Assembly (NCBI GenBank): GCA_022822725.1
Contig: JAJEAN010000007.1
Coordinates: forward strand, 562,382-626,381
Length of the DNA: 64,000 bases
Origin: Candidatus Latescibacterota bacterium
Lineage (GTDB): Bacteria > JAAXHH01
Direction of reading: 5' to 3'
Shown: positions 8,603 to 17,929 of the stretch, one piece after another
How the letters are laid out: each line of letters opens with the position of its first letter
Numbering within the stretch: position 1 is the first letter of the stretch
The notes under the pieces: model-generated
Told to the model about the DNA's origin: nothing
The model's database searches: none
What the model saw: the letters and a program-made list of their open reading frames with translations, nothing else
Translations under genes and position numbers: made by a program

Positions 8603-10942
8603 TCACCGCGGCGTCAGCGTGAGCCGATGCCCCGCGAGTGCTTCCACGGCCTCCCGGCTGAACGCCAGCGGAAGGTAATCGTCGTTCGCCCAGGTGTCCA
8701 GCAGGCTGCCGTAGTAGGGGCTTCCGGGCTGTCCCGACTGGCCCGGCGTGATGATGAAGACCGACCGGTCCCAGTCTTCCGTGTCCAGGATGTGCCGGAA
8801 GCTTACCGACGTGGCGGCGATGGTGCCGAAGCCGCCCGAACGCTCCACGGCCGGCAGGGAGAAGGCATCGGACAGGAGGTGGGTGAAGGGGCTCATCTGC
8901 AGCCGTCCGTACCGCCACTGCCCCCAGTCGTCGCCCAGTTCCGATTTGAGCCGGTCAACGGTCTTGCGGAGGCCGGCTTCCACGAGCGGCTGCCGTTCGT
9001 CTACCGGCGTCTCCGGGTCGTAGGCGGCGGCTTCGGCCTCGCCCCGCCACCGGTACCAGACCGCCGCCCCGGCGCTGTCCCGGTCCAGCACGCCGTTCCA
9101 GTCTGCTACCAGCGCACGGGCCCGTTCGACTTCCGCGTCCTCCGACGCCCAACCCTGAAATGCCGGGATGTCGGCCTCGGCCCGCAGCGAATAGGCGTCC
9201 AGTTGGATGCGCTGGTGGTCCTCGACGGAGTACTTGCGATTGGATTGCAGCAGTTGCTTCATGCGTTCGATCCGGGAGTATTCGACGCCTCGTGCGGAAT
9301 GGAACATGACCGGCCGGCCCGTATAGTCCGGCGGGTGGGAATCGTTATTGGCCGTCCCTACCCAGCCGCGCTGGGGATTGTACTCCCGGGGCAGGTCTTC
9401 CCGGAAGCCTTGCCACTCGAACCGCCCGTCGCCCGGGACCGGCAGCCGGCCGTTCCAGCCGTCGCGGTCCGGCGTGAGGGCCGAGACCTGGAAGGCGATG
9501 TTGCCCTCCACGTCGCCGAAGACCAGGTTGTGCGTGGGTACTTTCCAGAACATGGCCCGTTCGAAGAAGTCCTCCGCGCTCTCCGCCTGGGCCATGCGGA
9601 AGCATCCCAGGTACGGCGCGGTACCGGGTTCGTGGGTGATCGAACGTACGGCATAGACTACGCCGTTCTCAGGGTCTTCGTAAAACACCGGACCGTGCCG
9701 GCTGTACTTGAGCACGATCTCGCGGGGCTCCTCGCCTTTCACCGGGATCTCCTCCGTGATGACGCGCAGGGATTCCCAGCCGTCCCGCCACCGCACCATG
9801 TCGGGCTGGTCCGGGTGCAGTTCCTCCACGTACACGTCGTTCACGTCGACCCCGGCGAAGGTGAATCCCCAGGCGACGCGGTCGTTGTGTCCGGCGTTCA
9901 CGCCCACGAAGGGCGGCTCGCTGGCGCCGATCACGTTCCAGCCCGGGGCGTTCAGATGGGCGTAGTACCGCAGCGAGGGGTTCTCCAGGCGGCGGTGTGG
10001 GTCGTTGACGACCATGACCTGGCCCGTGATGGACAGGGCGCCGCTCACGGCCCAGTTGTTGCTGCCGATCTCGAGCAGTTGCTCTTCGGTGGGCGCCACG
10101 GCCTGGCGGTCCGCGGGTACCAGACCCGTGTAGGGTTCCACGAGTTCCAGCTGCGGCAACCGTCCGGGCACCAGGGGATCTCCCTCCCCTTTGCGCATGG
10201 CGGCTACAATGTCCTCGTGGACGATGTTCACGTCGAGGCCTTCCGGCACGACGAGGTCATCCCAGGGGAGCGGAGCGGCCCGGCGATTGGCCTCCTCGAC
10301 GCCGTGTTCCGCCACGGACCGGGCCAGCCGGATCTCGTCGCCCGCATCGTTCCCCGCGCTCGGGAAGAAGAGCCCGGTCCAGCGCCTCACTACTGTTTCC
10401 TTCGTCCACCGTCCGGGCTGGATGCCCGTGAGCTTGAATTCCACCGGAAGATTATCGGCGTGCGTGTCGATATAGGCGTTGACGCCGTTCGCGTAGGCCG
10501 TGAAGATGCGTTCGCCCTCGGCGTGGTAGCTGGTCCACTCCCGGTCGTCGAAGGGCCCGCGGTACATCATGAGCCGCGTGCGGGCGTCGTAGTCGAAGGC
10601 CTCGGGACCGAAAACCTCCGCGAGGCGGCCTTCCCGCCACCGGCGCCAAAGCTCCATCTGCCACAGGCGGTCCTGGGCCATCACGTAACCCTGGGCGAAA
10701 AAGAGATCGTCCGTGTTCTGCGCGTAGATATGCGGAATGCCGTGGCGGTCGCGGATCACCTCGACAGGCTCCTGCAGGCCGTCCAGCGTCAGCTCGCCCT
10801 CTATCGGTGAAAGGGATGCGCGGGCGAGGGACATGAGCTGTTCGTCGGGATCCACCGGTTCGATCTCCTCGCTGCAGCCCATGACCATCAAGGGAACAAC
10901 GAAAAGCACCGCGCACAGATAGATGAAGTGAGATACTGTCAT
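8603..10942 (-). CDS. penicillin acylase / acyl-homoserine-lactone acylase family Ntn-hydrolase
   Basis: Hallmark DRHGIPHIYA...DLFFAQGYVMAQDRLWQMEL motif; SNNWAVSG (putative beta-subunit N-terminal nucleophile Ser). Likely start at ATG 10942 (lipoprotein-type signal MTVSHFIYLCAVLFVVPLMVMGC, GAGGAG RBS upstream) rather than the ORF-track start 10978. Confidence 0.85.
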   Translation of the reverse strand: MTVSHFIYLCAVLFVVPLMVMGCSEEIEPVDPDEQLMSLARASLSPIEGELTLDGLQEPVEVIRDRHGIPHIYAQNTDDLFFAQGYVMAQDRLWQMELWRRWREGRLAEVFGPEAFDYDARTRLMMYRGPFDDREWTSYHAEGERIFTAYANGVNAYIDTHADNLPVEFKLTGIQPGRWTKETVVRRWTGLFFPSAGNDAGDEIRLARSVAEHGVEEANRRAAPLPWDDLVVPEGLDVNIVHEDIVAAMRKGEGDPLVPGRLPQLELVEPYTGLVPADRQAVAPTEEQLLEIGSNNWAVSGALSITGQVMVVNDPHRRLENPSLRYYAHLNAPGWNVIGASEPPFVGVNAGHNDRVAWGFTFAGVDVNDVYVEELHPDQPDMVRWRDGWESLRVITEEIPVKGEEPREIVLKYSRHGPVFYEDPENGVVYAVRSITHEPGTAPYLGCFRMAQAESAEDFFERAMFWKVPTHNLVFGDVEGNIAFQVSALTPDRDGWNGRLPVPGDGRFEWQGFREDLPREYNPQRGWVGTANNDSHPPDYTGRPVMFHSARGVEYSRIERMKQLLQSNRKYSVEDHQRIQLDAYSLRAEADIPAFQGWASEDAEVERARALVADWNGVLDRDSAGAAVWYRWRGEAEAAAYDPETPVDERQPLVEAGLRKTVDRLKSELGDDWGQWRYGRLQMSPFTHLLSDAFSLPAVERSGGFGTIAATSVSFRHILDTEDWDRSVFIITPGQSGQPGSPYYGSLLDTWANDDYLPLAFSREAVEALAGHRLTLTPR

Positions 10943-11102
10943 GAATGGCTCCTCTTGCTCTCCACTGCCGGATTGCACGATTAAATAGCACGCGCAGCGC
11001 AGCGTTTCGTCCGTTTTGTACTGTCGGAGAATCGTCCGTTATGGTCGAATATGGTCGAATATCATCCTACCATCCGGATGTGTGGTTGTCAAGCAACCCA
11101 GG

Positions 11103-11218
11103 GCCGGATCAGTCCCGCAACCGCGCAGGCGGCCTGGGGGGCCGGGCGACCTGGGCGGCCTGAACATCCCGATGGATGGCGCAGCGGTCGCAACCTGCCT
11201 GCCGGATCAGTCCCGCAA
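11103..11218. repeat. perfect 18-bp direct repeat pair (gccggatcagtcccgcaa at 11103-11120 and 11201-11218); second copy contains the stop codon of the downstream oxidoreductase gene
   Basis: Direct reading; a 10-bp tandem (atggtcgaat x2) lies at 11041-11060. Confidence 0.8.
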
Positions 11219-12163
11219 TTCCGCCCGGATGCGATCGGCCAGCTTCATCGTCTCGACGGCCTCGTCCAGTCCCGCCGCGGGCAGGTCCACGGGACGGTCT
11301 TCCTTGATGCAGTCGACCAGGAAGCGGGCCTGTTCGGCCGTGCCGGCGGACTCGACCGTGTCGAACGCCTCTTCTTTCCCGTCGCGCTGCACCACGGCGC
11401 TCTTCACGCCTTCGAGGTAGGCCGAACAGTCCCTGCCGTGGATCTCGTATCGTTCCAGGCGGGCGTCCGTCGTGAAATTGGCCGTGAGCTGGGCCACGCA
11501 CCCGTTCTCGAACCGGATGAGCGCCGCGTATACATCGACGAACCGGGAATTCGCCCGTCGCGCGACGGCGTGCAGTTCGGCGATGGGGGAACTGCCGGCC
11601 AGGGAACGGGTCAGGTCGATGGCGTGTATCGGCGTTTCGTAGATGAACCGGTCCAGCAGGTGATCGGGGTAGCCCCGTGCGGCCAGATTCGTCATGCTCT
11701 TGTGGAATTCCGCCACGATCTGTGTGATGGGTCCCCGCTCCTCGATCATGCGGCGCGCCTTGCAGATCAGCGAGTGGAAGCGCCGGTTCCATCCGACCAG
11801 CACCCTGGCGCCCGATGCGTTGGCCGCGTCGCGGAGTGCCTCGGCTTCGGCGCCCGAAAGTCCGGGCGGTTTTTCAATGAGCGTGTGGACACCGGCCTGT
11901 ATGACGGGGAGGGCGCACTTGCCGTTGAGGTGGGCCGGTGTCGCGACTACCGCCAGGTCCAGTTCCTCTTTAGACAGCATTTCATCGATGTCGCCATACT
12001 GGTGTGGGACGGCGTTTTCGGCGGCGACCCGGTCGCGCAATTCCTTCACCGGATCGCAAACGGCTACGAACTTGAGGTCGTCGAAGGTCGACATGGCCTC
12101 GATATGGCCACGACCCCGGCCGCCGCACCCGATCAGGGCGGCTTTCAGATCTGTGTCGGGCAT
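11207..12163 (-). CDS. Gfo/Idh/MocA family oxidoreductase
   Basis: N-terminal Rossmann motif ALIGCGGRGRGH; EKP motif (LIEKPPGLS); 318 aa. Confidence 0.85.
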   Translation of the reverse strand: MPDTDLKAALIGCGGRGRGHIEAMSTFDDLKFVAVCDPVKELRDRVAAENAVPHQYGDIDEMLSKEELDLAVVATPAHLNGKCALPVIQAGVHTLIEKPPGLSGAEAEALRDAANASGARVLVGWNRRFHSLICKARRMIEERGPITQIVAEFHKSMTNLAARGYPDHLLDRFIYETPIHAIDLTRSLAGSSPIAELHAVARRANSRFVDVYAALIRFENGCVAQLTANFTTDARLERYEIHGRDCSAYLEGVKSAVVQRDGKEEAFDTVESAGTAEQARFLVDCIKEDRPVDLPAAGLDEAVETMKLADRIRAELRD

Positions 12164-12262
12164 TTCTGTTGCTCCGGTTTTGGCGGTGATTTGCTTGACG
12201 CATGCAATGTATGGTCATTTCTTCTGCAAGTAAACATGCCATTATCGAACGGTGATTCCTGC

Positions 12263-12766
12263 ATGCTGGATCTCGGTTTTTTCAGGCAGAACGGTTACGT
12301 CAATCTCGGCCAGGTTTTTGATGGCGAGGAACTGAGTCGTTTCGTCGACCTGTACGACCAGGACCGGTCGAAAATGGGCTGTTTCTGGCATCCCATTTCC
12401 AATCACGGGCACCAGACCCTGAATTGTGAACCCCTGATCTCCTCGCCGGAGATCGACGGGCTGATCCGCCATCCCAGCCTGATCGAACCGATCGAGACCA
12501 TCTTCGAAGGCCCCAGTTGTCTCGGGGAAGTCTGCCTGCGCCACATGGCCCCGCGTGACGACAATCCGGAGGAGATCTGGCACCGGGACCGGCCTCATTC
12601 GACGGAACGGCCCTACCGGTGCGGCTACCTGCAGATGATGCTCTACCTGACCGACGTGCACGAAGGTACGCACTGTTTTTCTATTTCTCCCGAGCCCTGC
12701 GAAGGTCCGGTGCTCGATACAAAGGAAACCGGGATAACGTGGTTGACTAAAGCCTTTGTTAACTGA
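12263..12766 (+). CDS. phytanoyl-CoA dioxygenase (PhyH) family protein, short form
   Basis: Only the 3' third of the spurious 571-aa ORF 11051..12766 is convincing: ATG at 12263, WHRD...H iron-binding-like motifs (EIWHRDRPH, HEGTHCF). Translationally close to the downstream dehydrogenase. Confidence 0.5.
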   Translation: MLDLGFFRQNGYVNLGQVFDGEELSRFVDLYDQDRSKMGCFWHPISNHGHQTLNCEPLISSPEIDGLIRHPSLIEPIETIFEGPSCLGEVCLRHMAPRDDNPEEIWHRDRPHSTERPYRCGYLQMMLYLTDVHEGTHCFSISPEPCEGPVLDTKETGITWLTKAFVN

Positions 12767-12783
12767 CACAGATCGGAGAGCGA

Positions 12784-13839
12784 ATGTCGAACAACCGACC
12801 GCAAGTACTCATCGCCTGCAGTGAACGCGTCCGCAATGGCTATCTGCCGCCGAAGGAACTGACCCGCCTCGAGACGTTTGCCGACTGGACGTGGTTCCAC
12901 TCCGAGGGCGGCGGCATTTACGATACCAGCACGGATCCCGAGACCACGGTGCAACTGGCCGGCGAAATGGCCGGGGTGGATGCGCTGGTCGTCTGCCATG
13001 GTGCGCCGAGGATCGACGCCGAGATCCTGGATGCCGCGCCCCGCCTTAAATTTGTCGGCGAACTGGAAGGCGACCGTTTCGCCGCACGGCTGGATCTTGA
13101 AACGATGTGGGCCCGGGGTATCCGCACCGTAGATACGACGAATGGTTCCACTTATCCGGTAGCCGAATGGGCCCTGGCGCTTACGCTGATCTCCATGCGC
13201 AATGCCGGCGCGCTGTTTCGCCGCATCATCGAACGCAATACCCAGGACCGCAGTCTCATCCAGCCCATGGCGGGCATACTGACCGGCAAGCGGGTGGGCT
13301 TGATCGGCGGCGGCCACATGGGGCGGCGGCTGATGAAACTGTTGCGCCCCTTCGAGGTGGAACTATGGGTCCACGATCCTTACCTGCCGCAGGAGCTGCC
13401 CGAGGCGCTGGGCTTCATCCAGACGTCGCTGGAGAACGTGCTGTCGAAGTGCGACGCGATCATCTGCGTGGCGCCGCTCACGCCGAAGACCCGGGGCATG
13501 ATTGGAAAGCGCGAGCTGGATCTCATCCGGTCGGGGTCGGTATTCGTGAATGTGTCGCGTGGAGCCATCGTAGATTCCGCGGCCCTGATCGAACGGCTCA
13601 AGCGCAATGATATCGCCGCGGGGCTGGAAGTTTTCGACCCGGAGCCCATCCCCGAGGACAGCGAAATCATCGATCTGCCCAATGTTTTCCTGACGCCCCA
13701 CTTTTCCGGACGCACGGGCGAGGAGTATCCGCACTTCTTCCGCTTCATGGTCGATGAACTGGAACGGTTCTTCTCCGGCCACGAGACATGGTTCAACCTG
13801 ACGCCGCGATCGAAGGCCAACCGCGAGGGACAACCGTGA
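12784..13839 (+). CDS. D-isomer-specific 2-hydroxyacid dehydrogenase family (NAD-binding)
   Basis: GLIGGGHMGRRL Rossmann motif; catalytic-domain organisation typical of the family; 351 aa. Confidence 0.85.
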   Translation: MSNNRPQVLIACSERVRNGYLPPKELTRLETFADWTWFHSEGGGIYDTSTDPETTVQLAGEMAGVDALVVCHGAPRIDAEILDAAPRLKFVGELEGDRFAARLDLETMWARGIRTVDTTNGSTYPVAEWALALTLISMRNAGALFRRIIERNTQDRSLIQPMAGILTGKRVGLIGGGHMGRRLMKLLRPFEVELWVHDPYLPQELPEALGFIQTSLENVLSKCDAIICVAPLTPKTRGMIGKRELDLIRSGSVFVNVSRGAIVDSAALIERLKRNDIAAGLEVFDPEPIPEDSEIIDLPNVFLTPHFSGRTGEEYPHFFRFMVDELERFFSGHETWFNLTPRSKANREGQP

Positions 13840-15263
13840 CACGCCCCAACCTGCTTTACATTTTCACCGACCAGCAGCGCGCCGATACGCTGAGCTGCTA
13901 CGGCAATCACCAGATCGAGACGCCGGCGCTCAACGGACTCGCCGAGGACAGCTTCGTCTTCGAGAACGCCTACGTGAGCCAGCCCGTATGCAGTCCGGCG
14001 CGGGCCACCATGCTGACCGGTCTCTGGCCGCACACGGCGGGGGTGCCGTCCTGCAACGTACCCCTCGCCGCCGACAAGCCGACCATCGCCGAGATGCTTC
14101 CCAGGGAATACGATACGGCCTTCATGGGGAAATGGCACCTGGGAGACGAGATCTTTCCCCAGCACGGGTTCAAGACCTGGGTGGGCACGGAAGACCAGTA
14201 TCGACGGGGCTACTCGAAATCGGAGCGGCTGGCCGAAGTCAGCGACTATCATCACTTCCTGGTGGATAAGGGACACAACCCGGATACCGAACTGCTGGGT
14301 CAGAAGGTCTTCTCAAGGCACTATGCAGCATCCCTGCCCGAGGAATGCACCAAGGCGTGGTACCTGGGCGAGCGGGCGTCGGAGTATATTCGCGAGCAAG
14401 GCGACGAACCATTTGCCCTCTGCGTCAGCTACCTCGAGCCTCATCCCCCGCACACCGGTCCGTTAAACGACTACTTCGACCCGGACAGCCTGCCCACCGG
14501 ACCGGCTTTCATGCGGCAACCGCCCTTTGACGCACCGCTGCTCATCCGCCTGATGGCCGCATTTTACATGCAGTCGGAGAACTACGGGCTGGACCTGCGT
14601 ACCGAGACGGGCTGGCGGGCGCTGATGGCGCGGTACTGGGGCAACATCACCCTGGTGGATCGCTCGGTGGGGAGGATCCTGAAGGCCCTGGAGGAGAGCG
14701 GAAAGGCCGATGACACCATCGTCGTGTTCACCTCGGACCATGGAGAACTGATGGGCGATCACGGCATCCTGGGCAAGACGCTCATGTACGAGGAATCGAT
14801 AAAAGTGCCGATGTTGCTCCGCGCGCCTATGCTGGATCATCCGTCGCGGAGGATCAGCGGCCGGTTCAGCCACATCGACCTGGTACCGACGTTGATGGAC
14901 TTACTCGGTCTCGAACGGCCCGACCGGTTACAGGGCCGAAGCCGCGTACCTGTGCTGCAAGGGCACGATAACCTGGATAACGACGATGTGTTCGTAGAGT
15001 GGAGCGGAGAGGACGGCCACGCCCGGGCCGGTCTCGGTGAAGCCGAACCGAACCAGAGCATGGTCCATCAGTATCGGACGGTCGTTACGGCGGACGGTTG
15101 GAAACTCAACCTGTATGGGAAGGGGCAGGGAGAGCTATACGATTTGAATGATGATCCGTTTGAGTTGGAGAACCTGTATCATCATGATGGGCAACGGGCG
15201 CGTATCGGGGAGTTGAGGGAAAGAATTCGTGCTTGGCAGGAAGAGACGGGGGATCAGCCATGA
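13836..15263 (+). CDS. sulfatase (formylglycine-dependent arylsulfatase family)
   Basis: LLYIFTDQQRAD and CSPARATMLTG (C-x-P-x-R formylglycine motif) at N-terminus. GTG start overlapping upstream stop (GTGA); ATGA overlap with downstream gene, so the three genes are translationally coupled. Confidence 0.85.
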   Translation: MTRPNLLYIFTDQQRADTLSCYGNHQIETPALNGLAEDSFVFENAYVSQPVCSPARATMLTGLWPHTAGVPSCNVPLAADKPTIAEMLPREYDTAFMGKWHLGDEIFPQHGFKTWVGTEDQYRRGYSKSERLAEVSDYHHFLVDKGHNPDTELLGQKVFSRHYAASLPEECTKAWYLGERASEYIREQGDEPFALCVSYLEPHPPHTGPLNDYFDPDSLPTGPAFMRQPPFDAPLLIRLMAAFYMQSENYGLDLRTETGWRALMARYWGNITLVDRSVGRILKALEESGKADDTIVVFTSDHGELMGDHGILGKTLMYEESIKVPMLLRAPMLDHPSRRISGRFSHIDLVPTLMDLLGLERPDRLQGRSRVPVLQGHDNLDNDDVFVEWSGEDGHARAGLGEAEPNQSMVHQYRTVVTADGWKLNLYGKGQGELYDLNDDPFELENLYHHDGQRARIGELRERIRAWQEETGDQP

Positions 15264-16363
15264 AAACTGGAAAAGTCGCGGTCTTCACTCAGGCGCAATC
15301 CCCGATGGAGATGCGTGAGTATCCCGTACCATCGGTTACGGCGGACGACATGCTCGTCCGGATCCGAATGGCGAACATCTGCGGCTCCGATCTGCACTTC
15401 TGGCGCGGGCACGGCCCCAAGATCACGAGCGGCATCCCCCAGGTGCTTGGACATGAAATGATCGGAACGATTGAAGCCATGGGGCGCAATGTGACGACGG
15501 ACAGTACGGGACAGCCGCTGTCCGAAGGGGATCGCATCGTCTATTCCTACTACAAACCGTGTCAACAATGCTGGATGTGCCTCAACGGCATGCCGGGATG
15601 CCCCGACCGTTATCGAGACTGGCTGGGCGTCTCAAGCGATCAGCCGCCCCACTTTCACGGCGCGTACGGTGAATACTACTACATGAAACGCGGCCACTGG
15701 GTCTTCAAGGTCCCCAATGACCTTTCGGACGCGCTCGTGTCTCCGATCAACTGCGCTTTGTCTGAAGTGATATACGGTCTCAATCAGATCGGCATCACCC
15801 TGGGCGACACGGTGGTCATTCAGGGGGCAGGCGGCCTTGGACTCTATGCGACCGCAGTAGCAAGGGAGATGGGGGCTGGAAGGATCATCGTGCTCGACCG
15901 GCTGCCGGCGCGCCTCGCACTCGCCCGGGAATTCGGCGCCGACGAGACGCTAAACGTCGATGAAATTGACATGAAAGCACGCATTGAGTTCGTACTCGAC
16001 CACACGGGCGGGGTCGGCGCCGACCTGGTCGCCGAATTCGTAGGATCGCCGCGCGTACTCGCCGAAGGCATCGATATGCTCAGGTGGGGCGGCCGTTATC
16101 TCTGGATCGGTAACATCAACCTGGGATTTCCCACCGAGATCGATCCGGGCAACATCGTCCGGTGCAGCAAGGCGATCCGCGGCGTAATCGTCTACGAACC
16201 CTGGGTCATCCCGCGCGCCCTCGAATTCCTGAGTCGTACGCGGGACAGGTATCCGTTCCACAAGATCATCTCCGATACCTTCTCATTCAGTGAAATCAAC
16301 GAGGCATTCGTATACGCGGACAAAGGTTCTGCTATCCGGGTTGGACTGGAATTCGACACTTAG
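15260..16363 (+). CDS. zinc-binding alcohol dehydrogenase (MDR) family oxidoreductase
   Basis: GHEMIGTIEAMG zinc-ligand region, structural-Zn Cys cluster (CQQCWMCLNGMPGC), GAGGLG NAD motif. Confidence 0.85.
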   Translation: MKTGKVAVFTQAQSPMEMREYPVPSVTADDMLVRIRMANICGSDLHFWRGHGPKITSGIPQVLGHEMIGTIEAMGRNVTTDSTGQPLSEGDRIVYSYYKPCQQCWMCLNGMPGCPDRYRDWLGVSSDQPPHFHGAYGEYYYMKRGHWVFKVPNDLSDALVSPINCALSEVIYGLNQIGITLGDTVVIQGAGGLGLYATAVAREMGAGRIIVLDRLPARLALAREFGADETLNVDEIDMKARIEFVLDHTGGVGADLVAEFVGSPRVLAEGIDMLRWGGRYLWIGNINLGFPTEIDPGNIVRCSKAIRGVIVYEPWVIPRALEFLSRTRDRYPFHKIISDTFSFSEINEAFVYADKGSAIRVGLEFDT

Positions 16364-16679
16364 ACTCAGTAGACTTAGCTCTTAACGAGAATCCGCGCAA
16401 GGAATCTCCTTTTTGACGACGAAGGTAACCGGGTATTCCAAGATCACGGTGTTCTTGTTGCGATTTTTGACTCGCACGCAATCTAGTGTAAGAATGATAA
16501 ACTTGTCTGACTTCATATTACCTTTGGCAGGCGGATGCGGTAGACGTGAAAGTTTTGCATGAGCAACAAGAGATTTGTGTTTATAAGGATTGGTCGATTG
16601 AGTACATATATGGCGATTAAATCGTAGCAAATCATGCCGACACAAATGTTGAACATTCATAGCAGAAGGCGTTGAATCG

Positions 16680-16886
16680 ATGCGACAAGTTGTTCTTTAT
16701 CCTGGAGAGGACGGCTTTTGGATTGCAGAATGTCCAAGTCTGGCAGGTTGCATAAGTCAGGGCGAATCTCGGCAAGCGGCGATTGAAAGAATCAAGGAGG
16801 CTATCGAAGCATACGTCGAGGCTTTGGAAGACGATGACCTTCCAGTTCCTGAGGACAAATTCGAGGCCTTGGTCGTAGCCGTATGA
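16680..16886 (+). CDS. hicB: type II toxin-antitoxin system HicB family antitoxin (UPF0150)
   Basis: 68 aa. MRQVVLYPGEDGFWIAECPSLAGCISQGESRQAAIERIKEAIEAYVEAL matches the HicB consensus closely. Confidence 0.85.
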   Translation: MRQVVLYPGEDGFWIAECPSLAGCISQGESRQAAIERIKEAIEAYVEALEDDDLPVPEDKFEALVVAV

Positions 16887-16945
16887 ATGTTCTGCCCGCA
16901 ATTTCAGGGCGCGAATGTGTCAAAGCACTTGCCAAAGTAAAGTAA
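16883..16945 (+). pseudogene. truncated HicA-family toxin remnant (20 codons: MNVLPAISGRECVKALAKVK then stop)
   Basis: ATGA-overlapping ORF after hicB whose N-terminus matches the HicA N-terminal consensus (LP-x-SGRE-VK-L) but terminates after 20 aa. No continuation recognisable in other frames; the PhyH gene begins 34 bp later. Confidence 0.5.
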
Positions 16946-16978
16946 CGGGAATCAGTCACTGTAAAGGACCCACCCCCC

Positions 16979-17785
16979 ATGGCCATGACCGAAGAAGAAC
17001 GCTTCCGATTCGACCTTTCCGGTTTTCTCGTCCGTCCAGCGATACTCACCGCGGAAGAAGTCAAAGAAATCCGCGAGCAGATATACCTGATCAAGCACGA
17101 TCCTGAATCGCTCCCACCGGAACACCGGGACGTGCCCGGGGGACCGTCGAGCGTCCTGATCGATCATCCGGCCGTCGTGGACGTCATCGAGGAGATCATA
17201 AGCCCGGATTTCCGGCTGGAGAACTGTTCCTGCGTGTGGCGCAAGAAGGGGGAAGAGCACGGGGAACTGCACGGCGGCGGTCCCAGGCAGATCGATCCGA
17301 TCTTCGGGTACCGGGTACAGCGCGAACAGATCTACGCCGGCATGGTGCGGGTGATCTTCGAGTTTACGGATATCAGGATGGAAGACCAGAGCACGCACTT
17401 CGTGGTGGGGAGCCACAAGGCAAATTTCCCTATGCATCCCGACCACATGTCCCTGGAGGAGGGCAAGCGTAGCGAATTCCTCGTGACCTACGCCTGTCCT
17501 GCGGGCAGCGCAGTCTTCTTCACCGAGAACACATGCCACGCGGGTCCCAAGTGGAACCGGGACGAGCCTCGCGTGACCGTGCTCAACGCCTATTCACACC
17601 TGGCCACCCACTGGCACCGATTGAAAACGCCCCCCGCAGTCATAGCCGGCCTTCCCCGCGAGAAGCAGGTTTACTTCCGCGAACCTTGGATCGCCGATTT
17701 CCGAACGAGTCCGGCTACCAGGAACACGGCGGAGCGGTTCATGGGCAATGACGAACCGCCGGTCAATGCCGACACGAAGCCCTGA
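16979..17785 (+). CDS. phytanoyl-CoA dioxygenase (PhyH) family Fe(II)/2-oxoglutarate-dependent oxygenase
   Basis: 268 aa; PhyH-like length and His/Asp-containing core (HFVVGSH...H). Confidence 0.75.
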   Translation: MAMTEEERFRFDLSGFLVRPAILTAEEVKEIREQIYLIKHDPESLPPEHRDVPGGPSSVLIDHPAVVDVIEEIISPDFRLENCSCVWRKKGEEHGELHGGGPRQIDPIFGYRVQREQIYAGMVRVIFEFTDIRMEDQSTHFVVGSHKANFPMHPDHMSLEEGKRSEFLVTYACPAGSAVFFTENTCHAGPKWNRDEPRVTVLNAYSHLATHWHRLKTPPAVIAGLPREKQVYFREPWIADFRTSPATRNTAERFMGNDEPPVNADTKP

Positions 17786-17885
17786 TTACATTTCGTGCGA
17801 TCAGGTAAGGATCCGGCCTGGTAGGGGAAAGGTTGGGTTGGGTGCCGAGGCCGAACACGGCCAACTGAAGTCAAGGTCCCACAGG

Positions 17886-17929
17886 CGCGGTCGCACGGTC
17901 ACGGCCGCACGGTCACGGCCGCACGATGG
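17886..17929. repeat. 14-bp tandem repeat (cgcacggtcacggc x2.7) spanning the stop codon of the enolase-superfamily gene
   Basis: Direct reading. Confidence 0.8.

Larger units (their letters stand above)
16364..16978. mobile_element. low-GC islet (~40-50% GC vs ~65% flanks) carrying a hicB antitoxin and a truncated hicA remnant; probable horizontally acquired toxin-antitoxin remnant
   Basis: Compositional break visible directly in the sequence (AT-rich 16380-16680); no recognisable mobility genes. Confidence 0.5.

Noticed and set aside
11051-12766. 571-aa ORF on plus strand
   Set aside because: Its first two thirds overlap the well-supported Gfo/Idh/MocA gene on the opposite strand and translate to Arg/Gly-rich nonsense. 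Only the last 167 codons (from ATG 12263) look like a real PhyH-like protein.
16382-16660. 92-aa minus-strand ORF inside the low-GC islet, considered as a possible HicA toxin
   Set aside because: Sequence does not resemble HicA. The HicA-like N-terminus is instead found on the plus strand right after hicB (16883..16945). The ORF is probably a chance frame in AT-rich DNA, though a small unknown protein cannot be excluded.
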